Positions 34,861 to 44,618 of a DNA stretch of 64,000 nucleotides are shown here, in pieces. The position numbers and the translations under genes were made by a program. The notes beneath the pieces were generated by a model that worked only from the letters and a program-made list of their open reading frames with translations, made no database searches and was not told where the DNA came from. The stretch spans positions 608,001 to 672,000 of the forward strand of contig OY970343.1 of assembly GCA_963717525.1 (NCBI GenBank), read 5' to 3'. The stretch is from an uncultured Methanoregulaceae archaeon. Its GTDB lineage: Archaea > Halobacteriota > Methanomicrobia > Methanomicrobiales > Methanospirillaceae. Every line of letters starts with the position of its first letter. The stretch's first letter is position 1.

Positions 34861-35939
34861 ATGCCAGTGATGAAGATACGCGGCGGCGATCTCGATCTCG
34901 TGGAGTACGAGTTCCGGACATTCCTTCCCGGAGAGGTCACAAAAACGCTCGGACTTGAGAAGAACAGATACCGGCTGCACAAAAAAAAGGCAAAGTCGTG
35001 GTGAAGGCACCGGCCCGGATCCATCTTTCGGTCCTTGATATGAACCGGTTTGCCCCGGACCATGCCGGCGGCGGGGGTATCGGCTTTGCGATCCAGTGCT
35101 ACTGTACTGCCGAAGTGGAGTGCACCCGGCAGGGACTTGTGATCGATTACGACCGGTCCGCCATCATCGAGAATTTTGTGGCGGTCTTTTCTAAGGCGGT
35201 AGGCTACACAGGTGGTTTCAGGATCAAGGCGACCGATCACGAGCGCAAACATGTCGGCCTCGGCTCGACGAGCACCGTGATGATCGCGGTGGCGACAGCC
35301 TTAAACGAGGCAGTTGGCGCCCCGCTCTCGAACGCGGAGCTGCGCTCGCTCATCGGCCACAACTACGTCGAGGAGACCGCCGAGGGCACCATTGCGTTTG
35401 GGTTCGAAACCGGCGTCGGGCCGGCAGCAAGCACCCATGGTGGGATGGCGGTCATGGGCGACGAGCTTGTGCTCGTGTACCACCACTCGTTTGCAGAAGG
35501 AAAGAACGTCTTTATCGTGGTACCGCCCACGGACATCTCCTCGGCCGGCACAAAAGAGTTCGACCTCCTCATGAACCGGGCAAGGACGCTTGATTACCGG
35601 GACCGGGAACTCAAGGCATATTTCCTCATGATGGATTTTATTCCCGCGCTCGAACACGAGGATCTCAAAAAGATCGGGGATGTTGTCTGGGAGATCGAAT
35701 TCCGGGGCTCCAAACGGGCAGAGATTGAGCACCACAGCTACCGGATCTACCAGTACATGAGCATGCTGCGGGAGGCCGGTCTTGAGTTCGTCGGCATGAG
35801 TTCCGTAGGGCCGTCGATTGCCATCGTGACAGACAAGAGCCGCAAAGAGATCCAGAAGATCCTGTCCCCCTTCGGGCTTGAGATCGCGATTGCCACAAAA
35901 GTTGACAATAACGGCATGACGGTGACATGCAAAAAATAG
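34861..35939 (+). CDS. GHMP kinase family protein (beta-RFAP synthase-like), frameshift near 34985
   Basis: PARIH, HVGLGSTS and GMSSVGP motifs; N-terminal MPVMKIRGGDLDLVEY segment lies in an upstream frame. Confidence 0.75.
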
Positions 35940-36068
35940 GTAACGACGCTCCGGGGAAATGGATCCTTCTCCCGCAAAAGAAAACGGCAGCACCTATCTC
36001 CCTTTATTTTACAAACGGTCTCTATGCATTACACCAGGATCAGTAAATTCCGAAAAAACCGGGAAAAA

Positions 36069-36728
36069 TTACTGCCCGTTCTCTTTTCTCTTCTGCCAGT
36101 ATGCATTGACGAGCCCGGCAAGAAGTAAGAGGATAGTCCCTGCGGTCACCACGAGCACGAGAAGGAGGAGCAGGTTCATGTTCTCTCTTACGACGGGGAG
36201 CCTGCCGAGGTAATATCCGGAGAGAACCACCGCGAGCGTCCATGCGACAGCGCCGAGCACGTTATAGAAGAGGAACCGGTGGTACTCCATCGTCCCGACA
36301 CCGGCAAGGAACGGCGCAAACGACCGGACGACGGGCACGAACCGGGAGACAAAGATGGTCGCACCGCCGTACTTCTCGTAGAAGGAGTATGTCCTGTCGA
36401 GATACTCTTTTTTAATGAAGTTCGGGAAGCGTTCCTTAAAAACATGCAGACCGATATAGCTGCCCAGCCAGTAATTGACCGTGTCCCCGCAGACGGCCCC
36501 AAGGATAAATACTGCGATCAGGAGGTTGAGGTTTAAGATGCCGCTTGCCGCGATCGCCCCGGAGACAAAGAGCAGGGAGTCTCCGGGAAGGAAAGGTGTG
36601 ACGACAAGGCCGGTCTCAAAAAAGATGATGGCAAAGAGCAGCAGGTACGTCCAGAAGCCATAGCTGTGCACGACTCCAGCCAGGTGCTGGTCAAGATGAA
36701 AGATGAGGCCGGCGAGCGATTCTATCAT
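36069..36728 (-). CDS. DedA family membrane protein
   Basis: FFETGLVVTPFLPGDSLLF and SRFVPVVRSFAPFLAG motifs. Confidence 0.92.
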   Translation of the reverse strand: MIESLAGLIFHLDQHLAGVVHSYGFWTYLLLFAIIFFETGLVVTPFLPGDSLLFVSGAIAASGILNLNLLIAVFILGAVCGDTVNYWLGSYIGLHVFKERFPNFIKKEYLDRTYSFYEKYGGATIFVSRFVPVVRSFAPFLAGVGTMEYHRFLFYNVLGAVAWTLAVVLSGYYLGRLPVVRENMNLLLLLVLVVTAGTILLLLAGLVNAYWQKRKENGQ

Positions 36729-36854
36729 TGATGGTACAGGTACTTTGGCAAACTGCCTATATCAACATGAGGCACTGCACGCCACGCCATAATTTTTGCA
36801 CCCGGGAAGGCTTTAACATTGAACGCCACAACAGGTATGTATCTCCTGATCGCC

Positions 36855-37715
36855 ATGATGCCGAATGCCCGATCCCTCTGCCCGGTTGTCCTGTGCTGCG
36901 TCCTCTGCATCGCGCTCCTCGCTGTAGCGCCGGCGGAGGCATTCACGGCAGATTCCCTCAATATCACGGTGAGTACAAACGGCGACGCGATCGCAGATTT
37001 CCAATATACCCTCAACGGCGTCATTGAGAACGCTATCCCGCTCTCCGTGCTCCAGGACCAGCTGGTCCAGGGGCTTGCCACCAGTTCCGAACCACCGCAG
37101 GTTCTGAGCTTTTCAAAATCAGAGGCAACGCTGCTCTTAAAGAGTTTCGCAGTCACAAACGCAGTTCCCACCGGGACCGAGTACCAGACTGCGCCCATGA
37201 ACTTTAGCAATGCCCAGGCAGCACTCCAGATTTCAGCAGTGAGCTCCGTGATCTCCGCGGATTTTTCACCAAAGATCACCACCGTAACCTTCCCTGACGG
37301 GTATTCCCGCCAGTTCCTCGCTTCATCGGTCCTGCCCAGTATTGACCATATTGTCGTCAATCCTGCACAGGCCGGTGCAGCTCTTACTTCCAGTGTCACA
37401 GCTCCTGGGTCCATCCAGGTCAATACTTCGCCCGAACATACGCAGGTGTTTATCGATTCTGCCTATGTCGGCGAGAGTCCCGGGGTGTTTTCCGGCCTTA
37501 CCCCGGGAGACCACCATCTCACGCTGGAGGCTGACGGTTTTCTCACCCTCTCAAAGAATGTCACGGTGACATCCGGCCAGACTACCCTGTTCGTGGAAAA
37601 CCTGGCGTATGCGGCAACGCCCACACCGCAGTCAGCGGCGCCGGGTGCCGGCATCGTGATTGCATTCCTGTCCCTGACGATGTGCGGCGTGATCCTCCTT
37701 CATCGCACGAAATAA
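36855..37715 (+). CDS. secreted PEGA-domain surface protein
   Basis: Signal peptide; GSIQVNTSP...GESP...LTPGDHHL PEGA repeat; C-terminal TM plus basic tail. Confidence 0.8.
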   Translation: MMPNARSLCPVVLCCVLCIALLAVAPAEAFTADSLNITVSTNGDAIADFQYTLNGVIENAIPLSVLQDQLVQGLATSSEPPQVLSFSKSEATLLLKSFAVTNAVPTGTEYQTAPMNFSNAQAALQISAVSSVISADFSPKITTVTFPDGYSRQFLASSVLPSIDHIVVNPAQAGAALTSSVTAPGSIQVNTSPEHTQVFIDSAYVGESPGVFSGLTPGDHHLTLEADGFLTLSKNVTVTSGQTTLFVENLAYAATPTPQSAAPGAGIVIAFLSLTMCGVILLHRTK

Positions 37716-37784
37716 TCGTGCATATGCTTTTATCCAGAACCGGCTTTACTCTCACCTGAGCACAGGTACACGAGAGGGCTTCGT

Positions 37785-38522
37785 ATGGCAGGAAAATATG
37801 CATATGCAGGAATGATTATTCTGGTCGTTCTTCTCATCCCCGCTTTCATACCCCTGACAGGTGCCCAAAGCGAAGGCTCCGTTACCCGGAGCCAGGCATT
37901 CACGGTTACGATCACAGGACTACCGAATACTGCTTATTATGTCTGGCTGAGTGGGACATTTTCCCTGAGCGGGGAACCGGGAGAACAGCCGCCGGTTATC
38001 GAAGCCAACCAGTTAAATATTGTGCAGGATCCTCCCGACGGCCCCTATGTTATCGGCTCCTACCGGTATTACAATGGCGGCGGCCGCACGATCCTCGACG
38101 ATGTCGCCCCGTCGTCATCAACGGTATCAAATACCAGTTACTATGCTCAGGTAACCACGGATTCGAGTGGTATTGGCATTGTCACATTCCTGACATCACA
38201 TGACACGGCAGCGCAGTCATTCTCTGTTGTCGCCCGGAACCCGGCAGCGCCCGGCCAGGACGTCAGCATTACGCTTGGCACACCGGCGCAGGCTACGGCA
38301 CCGGTAGCGGCGGTACCAGCGGCAAGTGTCTTCCCGACAGCGGTGCCGACGACAATAATGACGACCGTTCCTGTAGTTAATGCAACACCGGTGACGGCAC
38401 CGTCATTTACCCCTGCCAGTGAACCGGTGAGAACACCGCTTACGGAGACGCCGCTATCCCCGGCCATTACCATCGCAGCTGCAGGAACCGCATTTCTCGT
38501 CTGGGGAAGAAACAGGAGATAG
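37785..38522 (+). CDS. secreted cell-surface protein
   Basis: Signal peptide, Thr/Pro/Ala linker, C-terminal TM plus RNRR. Confidence 0.75.
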   Translation: MAGKYAYAGMIILVVLLIPAFIPLTGAQSEGSVTRSQAFTVTITGLPNTAYYVWLSGTFSLSGEPGEQPPVIEANQLNIVQDPPDGPYVIGSYRYYNGGGRTILDDVAPSSSTVSNTSYYAQVTTDSSGIGIVTFLTSHDTAAQSFSVVARNPAAPGQDVSITLGTPAQATAPVAAVPAASVFPTAVPTTIMTTVPVVNATPVTAPSFTPASEPVRTPLTETPLSPAITIAAAGTAFLVWGRNRR

Positions 38523-38748
38523 CAGCAGGTTCAACTTTTTTGCCATAGTGTTCTGGCACGTGGAATCGTAGCTGCCTTCCTGTTGACTGAAAAGCGACGG
38601 ATGCTGTGATTTTGTTACAAAAACAGTTCCGGCACATACATCCAGTTGCCAGAGGAGCCGGCATTATACATACGGTCCACATCTTCCCGATATGCTCCGC
38701 ATGACCGGCGATCCGTCCCGGTACGAAAAAAGAAAAAGAAAAGAATTC

Positions 38749-39246
38749 TTACCGCCGTGACCGGATCGCAAAGATGCCGAGCACGACAAAGGCGCCAAAG
38801 GCGGCAAACGGAGGGCTGCCGGCTGTGGTTGGCGCCGGTGAGACCGGGGCTGCGGTGGTCATTTCAGTTGAAGCGCCTGCCGCGAGCGGGACAAGGTCCA
38901 CCGGGATATTTACGGTCTCGTTCTTTCCCGGGTACTGCGTGATGTTTACTGTCGACATGGCGTAACCGGGTGCCTCAACCGTGATCGTGCGGTACGGTGT
39001 GCCGGTCGTGTAGACACTCACCAGGAGCTGGCCACCGGTGATGACACCTTTGTAATCGGAATCAAAGGTTACGTTTGCCCCTTCGACATTTGACGTGACA
39101 AGGTAGGCCCCTATATCGCCACCGATCAGCTGCGGGGCGGTCGTTGCGCTTGCGGCAACCGTCTGGTTGCCGGATGGTACAGCTGCCAGAGCACAGCCGG
39201 ACAGTGCGATGCACACAAACAGGACAAGAAGGAATACTTTCTTCAT
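38749..39246 (-). CDS. small secreted surface protein (PEGA-like)
   Basis: Signal peptide; VTSNVEGANVTFD; C-terminal TM plus RSRR. Confidence 0.75.
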   Translation of the reverse strand: MKKVFLLVLFVCIALSGCALAAVPSGNQTVAASATTAPQLIGGDIGAYLVTSNVEGANVTFDSDYKGVITGGQLLVSVYTTGTPYRTITVEAPGYAMSTVNITQYPGKNETVNIPVDLVPLAAGASTEMTTAAPVSPAPTTAGSPPFAAFGAFVVLGIFAIRSRR

Positions 39247-39339
39247 AGAATCACTTCACGTGAGGAAGAAAATAAGGTCGTCACGCCATTTAAGGATTCG
39301 CTCTTGATACGACGGCATTCGGGGATAAGCCCGGCAATT

Positions 39340-39972
39340 TCAGGGATTTTTCTTAAACGTGGCCCCAATCTCGGCCCGGGGAAGCGTTTGTCCGCGCACC
39401 GTCATCGTCCAGCGACGGGTGGCGCATTCGCAGGGGGTCAATCCCTGGAAAAGCGCCAGTACTTCATCTTCGGTGAAGTAATGGGTGGCGATCCCGTTTT
39501 TCCGTACAAACGTTCCCGGTTCTGTTTCGCATCCGGTGCCAGCCCGGAAATCCTCGGGCGAAAAACCGGAGAAGAACAGGGTACCCCCGGCCCTGAGCAC
39601 CCGGGCTGCCTCGTGTGCGGAGCGGGCCCGCCCTTCTGCCGGCAGGTGGCCGATCACGTGGAAGGCGACCACGGCATCGAATACTGCATCAAAAAACGGG
39701 AGACTGCGGGCATCGGCTAGGGCGAGCTGCCCGCCCGAACTTCCGGGGGCATGTGCCCGGCAGAGGCGCACTGCAGAGGCCGAGAGATCGATCCCGACCA
39801 CGTCGCTTGTCAGTCCCAGAATGGCCCGGGAGGTCTTCCCGTTCCCGCACCCGAGTTCGAGCACGCGTTCGCCGCGACTGAGCGGGGGCAGATTATGGAC
39901 CGCCCCTCCCCAGACCCTGCCCCGTCGGGAATAATCCTCTTCCCATCGTTCTGCTTCGCGATCCCGGTTCAT
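39340..39972 (-). CDS. class I SAM-dependent methyltransferase
   Basis: VLELGCGNGK, GIDLS and ADARSLPF motifs. Confidence 0.88.
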   Translation of the reverse strand: MNRDREAERWEEDYSRRGRVWGGAVHNLPPLSRGERVLELGCGNGKTSRAILGLTSDVVGIDLSASAVRLCRAHAPGSSGGQLALADARSLPFFDAVFDAVVAFHVIGHLPAEGRARSAHEAARVLRAGGTLFFSGFSPEDFRAGTGCETEPGTFVRKNGIATHYFTEDEVLALFQGLTPCECATRRWTMTVRGQTLPRAEIGATFKKNP

Positions 39973-40025
39973 AAAATACCTTTTTAGCCGGCAGGTTTCA
40001 TGTGGACCCGGCCCCCATGAAAAAA

Positions 40026-41306
40026 TTATTCCAGGAAGTGATGGGTCAGGTTCATAACGTCGCGGTACGGGATGACCCCGATAAGGTGGTTCTCGTCATC
40101 GATGACCGGAAGCGCCCGGAAACTGTACCGCTCGAATTCCTGTGAGGCCTGCTTGAGCGTACTCCCGGTGTTTAAGGTGATCACGTTCTCTGACATGATC
40201 GCCGAGAGGGGTGCCTTATCATCCGCGATCAGCAGCTCCTTGAGATCGACGACACCAAGCAGGTGATCTCCAGAATCTGCCACGTAGATGTACATGATGA
40301 CATCTTTTCCCCGGGCATGCCGGGGATAATCATTCTGCACATACTCGACCAGTGTGTCCGGGAGGAATTTGAGGATCTTCTGGGTAGTATAATGGATTAC
40401 CTTCTCCTCCTGCTTCTCCATGATCGCGTGTACTTTCTTTGCCGTCTCGGGGTTGAGGGCCTCAAGAATATCCTCGGCGAGGGAATGGGGGATTGCAGAG
40501 AGAACATCTGCTGCCTGCCCGGGGGTCATCGTGCTGATGAGGGGCACCACTTTTGCTATATCAAGTGAGGCGAGGATATCCCGCTGGACGTTTGGCTCGA
40601 TCTCCTCGAGCGTATCCGATGCATGTTCGTTGTCTAGAGAGGTAAAGATCGCCACTCTCTGGTCGTGATCGAGTTCCTCGATGATATCAGCGAGGTCGAC
40701 CGGATGGATCTCCGCGAGGTTATTCTTTAAAACCTTGAGTTTCACGTCACCCTTGAAACTACCGATGTTTGTCGGGAGCGGCTGGATGTAGGTCCAGGAG
40801 ATCATCTGGTCGTCATGAGCATCGGAAGAAACGATCTTTGCAAGCCGCCCGAGACCCATCCTTCTCAGCCGTGCGGATTTTCCTGTATCCACATCGGTCA
40901 CGTAGAGTTTCCTGTTTCTCTGGAGCAGGCGGATATCGTACACGACCTCGACCTCGCTCTCTTCGAGATCGAGGACTTTCTTGTCCATAACGTAGTCCTT
41001 GAGAAGGATCGCGTCCTCGGATGGCTTCCCCTCGTACGGTTCAAGACCGGCAATATCTATAGCGATACGGTGCCCTGCCAGTTCGATGACATTTTCCCAC
41101 GGGATGATAAGGCTCGGGTACCCGAACGACCGCGTGACATAGAGAGATTTTACTTCGGGGATCCGCGAGGTCTCCACAATGATCAGGTCGCTGAGCGTGC
41201 CGATCTTTTTTCCTTTGAGCATGACCGGTACGTTGAGGATCTCGCTTAAGAAGATCTCCTGGTCTGCCGTCTTTGCCGCACCAGCGGCAGTCTCATTGGG
41301 TGTCAT
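40026..41306 (-). CDS. soluble MgtE N-terminal/CBS-domain protein with PRC-barrel-like N-terminus
   Basis: HPVDLADIIEEL, YIYVAD...LLGVVDLKELL and RALPVID...GVI motifs; no TM domain. Confidence 0.85.
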   Translation of the reverse strand: MTPNETAAGAAKTADQEIFLSEILNVPVMLKGKKIGTLSDLIIVETSRIPEVKSLYVTRSFGYPSLIIPWENVIELAGHRIAIDIAGLEPYEGKPSEDAILLKDYVMDKKVLDLEESEVEVVYDIRLLQRNRKLYVTDVDTGKSARLRRMGLGRLAKIVSSDAHDDQMISWTYIQPLPTNIGSFKGDVKLKVLKNNLAEIHPVDLADIIEELDHDQRVAIFTSLDNEHASDTLEEIEPNVQRDILASLDIAKVVPLISTMTPGQAADVLSAIPHSLAEDILEALNPETAKKVHAIMEKQEEKVIHYTTQKILKFLPDTLVEYVQNDYPRHARGKDVIMYIYVADSGDHLLGVVDLKELLIADDKAPLSAIMSENVITLNTGSTLKQASQEFERYSFRALPVIDDENHLIGVIPYRDVMNLTHHFLE

Positions 41307-41536
41307 TACATGCTCCCTCCCGTCACTATCGTATAGAACTTGTAGGCAAGCAGTACCACAAGAAAGAGCAGATACAGCCTGAGCAGCAGGAGGGATGCCT
41401 TTACCGCCGGGGACATGGTGATCTTGGGGTGCGCATACTTCCTGTTGATGGCCACAACCGCAGCCACGCCGTTTGCAAGGACCGTTTTCACCGGTTCAAT
41501 GATGCTGTTTTGTATGGAAAATACCATGATCTTCAC
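41306..41536 (-). CDS. small membrane protein in the metal transport operon
   Basis: 76 aa with a C-terminal TM helix; tightly packed between the NRAMP-like and MgtE-N genes. Confidence 0.7.
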   Translation of the reverse strand: MKIMVFSIQNSIIEPVKTVLANGVAAVVAINRKYAHPKITMSPAVKASLLLLRLYLLFLVVLLAYKFYTIVTGGSM

Positions 41537-41542
41537 CCACCC

Positions 41543-42811
41543 CTACCCGAGCAGTTTCGGGAACAACGTGCTGATGCCGTACAGCGAGGAGACGACAATG
41601 ATGCACGTGACAATCGTTATGTTTGCAATATTATCAAAGAGGGTATTTTTGTATTTCCCCATGACCTCCTCGTTGTTGAGGAGGATGATCAAAAAGACCA
41701 GAGCGGCGGGCAGCAGGGTTACTGCCACGACCTGGACAAAAAGCGTGATGAGCACGAGAGGAGCCCCCGGGATAAGAACAACGGAACCTGCGGTCACCAG
41801 TGCGAAGAAGTAGAAAAGGTAGAACCAGATGGCCTCTTTTACCTTGTAGTTTAAGGAATGCGCCCACCCGAACACCTCGCCAAACGCCCATGAGCTCGTC
41901 AGCGCAATGCAGAGCGCTCCGAGGAATCCTGCATCAAAGAGACCGATGGCAAGCATGGTTCCCACCCAGGGATGCGTGACCATCATGATCTGAGCGGCCT
42001 GAGCAGCGCTCTCCACATCCATCCCATGCAGCAGCGTCCCGGTCACTATAATAATAAAGACTGCAACCAAAACCGTGAAAACAGCCCCTATTGCTGTGTC
42101 AAATTTTCCCCAGGCGATATCTTTCTCCTTCATCTGCTTATCCACGACCGCACTCTGCTGGAAGAAGATCATCCAGGGTGCGATCGTCGTCCCTATGTTG
42201 GCCATTAAAAAGAAGAACAACTCGCCATTGAAGCCGCCCGGAAAATTCGGGATAAGGCCGTTATGGATAACATCGGGGACAGAGGGGTGCACAAGAATTG
42301 CTGCGGGAATATAGATCAGGTTGACCAGGCAGAAAACCATCGTAATCTTCTCCCAGGTCCAGTACCGGCCTGAGATAACGATAGCCATCATGACCGTGAC
42401 CACGATCAGCACCGTGAGCACCGGGGGGACTCCGAATATCGAGAGGCCGGCGGTCATCCCGATAAACTCTGTCACGAGCGTAAGCCAGTTCACAAGGCTC
42501 AGGTCCAGGAGCGAGAACCAGCCCCAGAAAGACCCGAATGCGGAAAAGATCGCCTCTGCATGGCCGTGCTTGGTAACCGCGCCCAAACGTACGGTCATTT
42601 CCTGGACAAAATAGGCGACGGGACCGAGCAGGATCAGAAACCAGATGAGGTTATACCCGAACTTTGCCCCGGTTGCCGCGTACGTGGTGATACCGCCGGC
42701 ATCGTTATCCGCAATCATCACGATAAGACCGGGACCGGCCAGCAACAGGTAGATCTGGATGGTCTTGATTATTCTCCGGTAATTAAAATAGAATCTCGAC
42801 AAAAAATCCAT
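41543..42811 (-). CDS. NRAMP-family divalent metal transporter (NrmT/Mg-type)
   Basis: GPGLIVMIADNDAGGITTY and GTTIAPWM motifs, in place of the MntH DPGN/MPH. Confidence 0.88.
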   Translation of the reverse strand: MDFLSRFYFNYRRIIKTIQIYLLLAGPGLIVMIADNDAGGITTYAATGAKFGYNLIWFLILLGPVAYFVQEMTVRLGAVTKHGHAEAIFSAFGSFWGWFSLLDLSLVNWLTLVTEFIGMTAGLSIFGVPPVLTVLIVVTVMMAIVISGRYWTWEKITMVFCLVNLIYIPAAILVHPSVPDVIHNGLIPNFPGGFNGELFFFLMANIGTTIAPWMIFFQQSAVVDKQMKEKDIAWGKFDTAIGAVFTVLVAVFIIIVTGTLLHGMDVESAAQAAQIMMVTHPWVGTMLAIGLFDAGFLGALCIALTSSWAFGEVFGWAHSLNYKVKEAIWFYLFYFFALVTAGSVVLIPGAPLVLITLFVQVVAVTLLPAALVFLIILLNNEEVMGKYKNTLFDNIANITIVTCIIVVSSLYGISTLFPKLLG

Positions 42812-42864
42812 AGCTCACCCACAAACTCATGGTCTTGTTTTAGTGCATTGTACTGATCATCCCC

Positions 42865-42942
42865 CCATTCGACCCGAATGGCAGTTGAAAGGCGCGGGCA
42901 TACCCCTCGCTCCCTGATGTCTAATTGATGGACGCCGGGCTC
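42865..42942 (-). promoter_or_regulatory. structured leader upstream of the metal transport operon (riboswitch candidate)
   Basis: Three adjacent hairpins on the sense strand, ending about 53 nt before the ATG. Confidence 0.4.
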
Positions 42943-43235
42943 ATATAATAATATCGCTTCAGGCGGGCGTTATTTTGGGTTCTGGGATTATCACGGTCAT
43001 GGATTTTTGGCATTGTCGTAATTTTGCCGTTTTTACGCAAATGAAATCCAGATCGGGCGATTTAAAACAAAAAGGCTCCCGGTAAATGCGGCGGCGCACA
43101 ACTGCGTACCCGGGAACTGCCGTCCGCGTGCATTGAAGCATAATAAGGTAAAACATGCTACACTACTACAGGAAGCAGGAGCCGGAAGATCCCACCGGCA
43201 CAAGCGGCCGGGGATTTCCGGCGAGGTGCGATGAG

Positions 43236-44513
43236 ATGCTTGAAATCAGGTTTGTACGGGCAAGCCCGGAGATCGTCAAAGCCGATCTGCTCAAACGAAA
43301 CGCTCCGGAGAAGATTGCATGGGTGGACGAAATTCTCGCAAAGGATGCACGTTCCCGTGAGTTAAAAGTACAGACCGATGAACTGAGGCGCCGGAGAAAC
43401 ACCATTGCACGGGAGATAAACGAGGCGCGCAAAGCGGGAAAAGACCCGGCGCCCCTTATGGCAGAGGCGGCGGAACTCCCGGGAAAGATCCGGGAGAGCG
43501 ACACCGAGCAGGAGGAGATCACAGGCCTCATCCGCACCCGGCTCATGCGCCTGCCCAATGTCCTGCACGCGAGCGTGCCGCAGGGAAAAGACGATACTGA
43601 AAACGTGGAGATCCGGCATGTCGGCACGCCACGCACGTTCGATTTTGAGGTCCGGAACCACGGGCAGCTTGCCGCAGACCGGGGCTGGGCCGATTTCGAA
43701 CGGGCCGCAAAAACGTCGGGTGCCGGGTTCTATTTCCTGAAAGGGAGCCTTGTCATGCTCGACCTCGCGCTCCAGCACTTTGCACTCGACCTGCTCGCAA
43801 AGAAGGGATTTGTGCCGGTCATCCCCCCGTTCATGATCAACCGCAGCTCGTACGAAGGGGTCACTGATCTTGACGATTTCGAGAAGGTTATGTACAAGAT
43901 CGATGGCAACGATGCATACCTGATTGCAACGAGCGAGCACCCCATCGCAGCGATGTACCAGGACGAGATCTTCGAGGAAAAAGACCTGCCACTGCGCCTC
44001 GCCGGCCTCTCCCCCTGTTTCCGCCGGGAGATCGGGGCGCATGGCCTTGATACCAAGGGGCTCTTCCGCGTCCACCAGTTCACGAAGATCGAGCAGTTCG
44101 TTTTCTGTCGGCCTGGAGACTCATGGCAGATCCACGAAGAATTGCTGGCAAATGCCGAAGAGGTTTTTGCAAAACTGGAACTCCCCTATCACGTGGTCAA
44201 TATCTGCACCGGGGATATCGGGACGGTTGCTGCAAAGAAATACGATATCGAGGCGTGGATGCCCCGGGAGAACGCCTTCAAGGAGGTTGTCTCCTGCTCC
44301 AACTGCACCTCGTACCAGGCAGCCAGCCTCAATATAAGGGTTCGGGACAAGGAAAACTTCGAGACAAAGCAGCTGGTCCATACCCTCAACTCGACTGCCA
44401 TCGCAACCTCAAGGGCGTTGCGGTGCATCCTCGAGAACTACCAGAACCGCGACGGGTCCGTGACCATCCCGGAGGTGCTCCGCCCATACATGAACGATCG
44501 GGAGTTCCTCTGA
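43236..44513 (+). CDS. serS: serine--tRNA ligase (bacterial/standard type)
   Basis: LIATSE, CFRREIG, RVHQFTKIE, EVVSCSNC and HTLNST motifs. Confidence 0.95.
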   Translation: MLEIRFVRASPEIVKADLLKRNAPEKIAWVDEILAKDARSRELKVQTDELRRRRNTIAREINEARKAGKDPAPLMAEAAELPGKIRESDTEQEEITGLIRTRLMRLPNVLHASVPQGKDDTENVEIRHVGTPRTFDFEVRNHGQLAADRGWADFERAAKTSGAGFYFLKGSLVMLDLALQHFALDLLAKKGFVPVIPPFMINRSSYEGVTDLDDFEKVMYKIDGNDAYLIATSEHPIAAMYQDEIFEEKDLPLRLAGLSPCFRREIGAHGLDTKGLFRVHQFTKIEQFVFCRPGDSWQIHEELLANAEEVFAKLELPYHVVNICTGDIGTVAAKKYDIEAWMPRENAFKEVVSCSNCTSYQAASLNIRVRDKENFETKQLVHTLNSTAIATSRALRCILENYQNRDGSVTIPEVLRPYMNDREFL

Positions 44514-44618
44514 AAAGGCCGACCCTTTCCCTGCCTCACGCGGGCTATTTATTGAAATGCTTTATACATACCTATTTGTCAGAGCTAATGCAAGAGTATT
44601 GTAGAGAACGTGGTAATC

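Noticed and set aside
42865..42942. Canonical M-box (ykoK) riboswitch
   Set aside because: Short M-box-like words (ATGTC..GACGCC, GCAGTTG) occur only on the antisense strand and in the wrong order, and the element is much shorter than an M-box.
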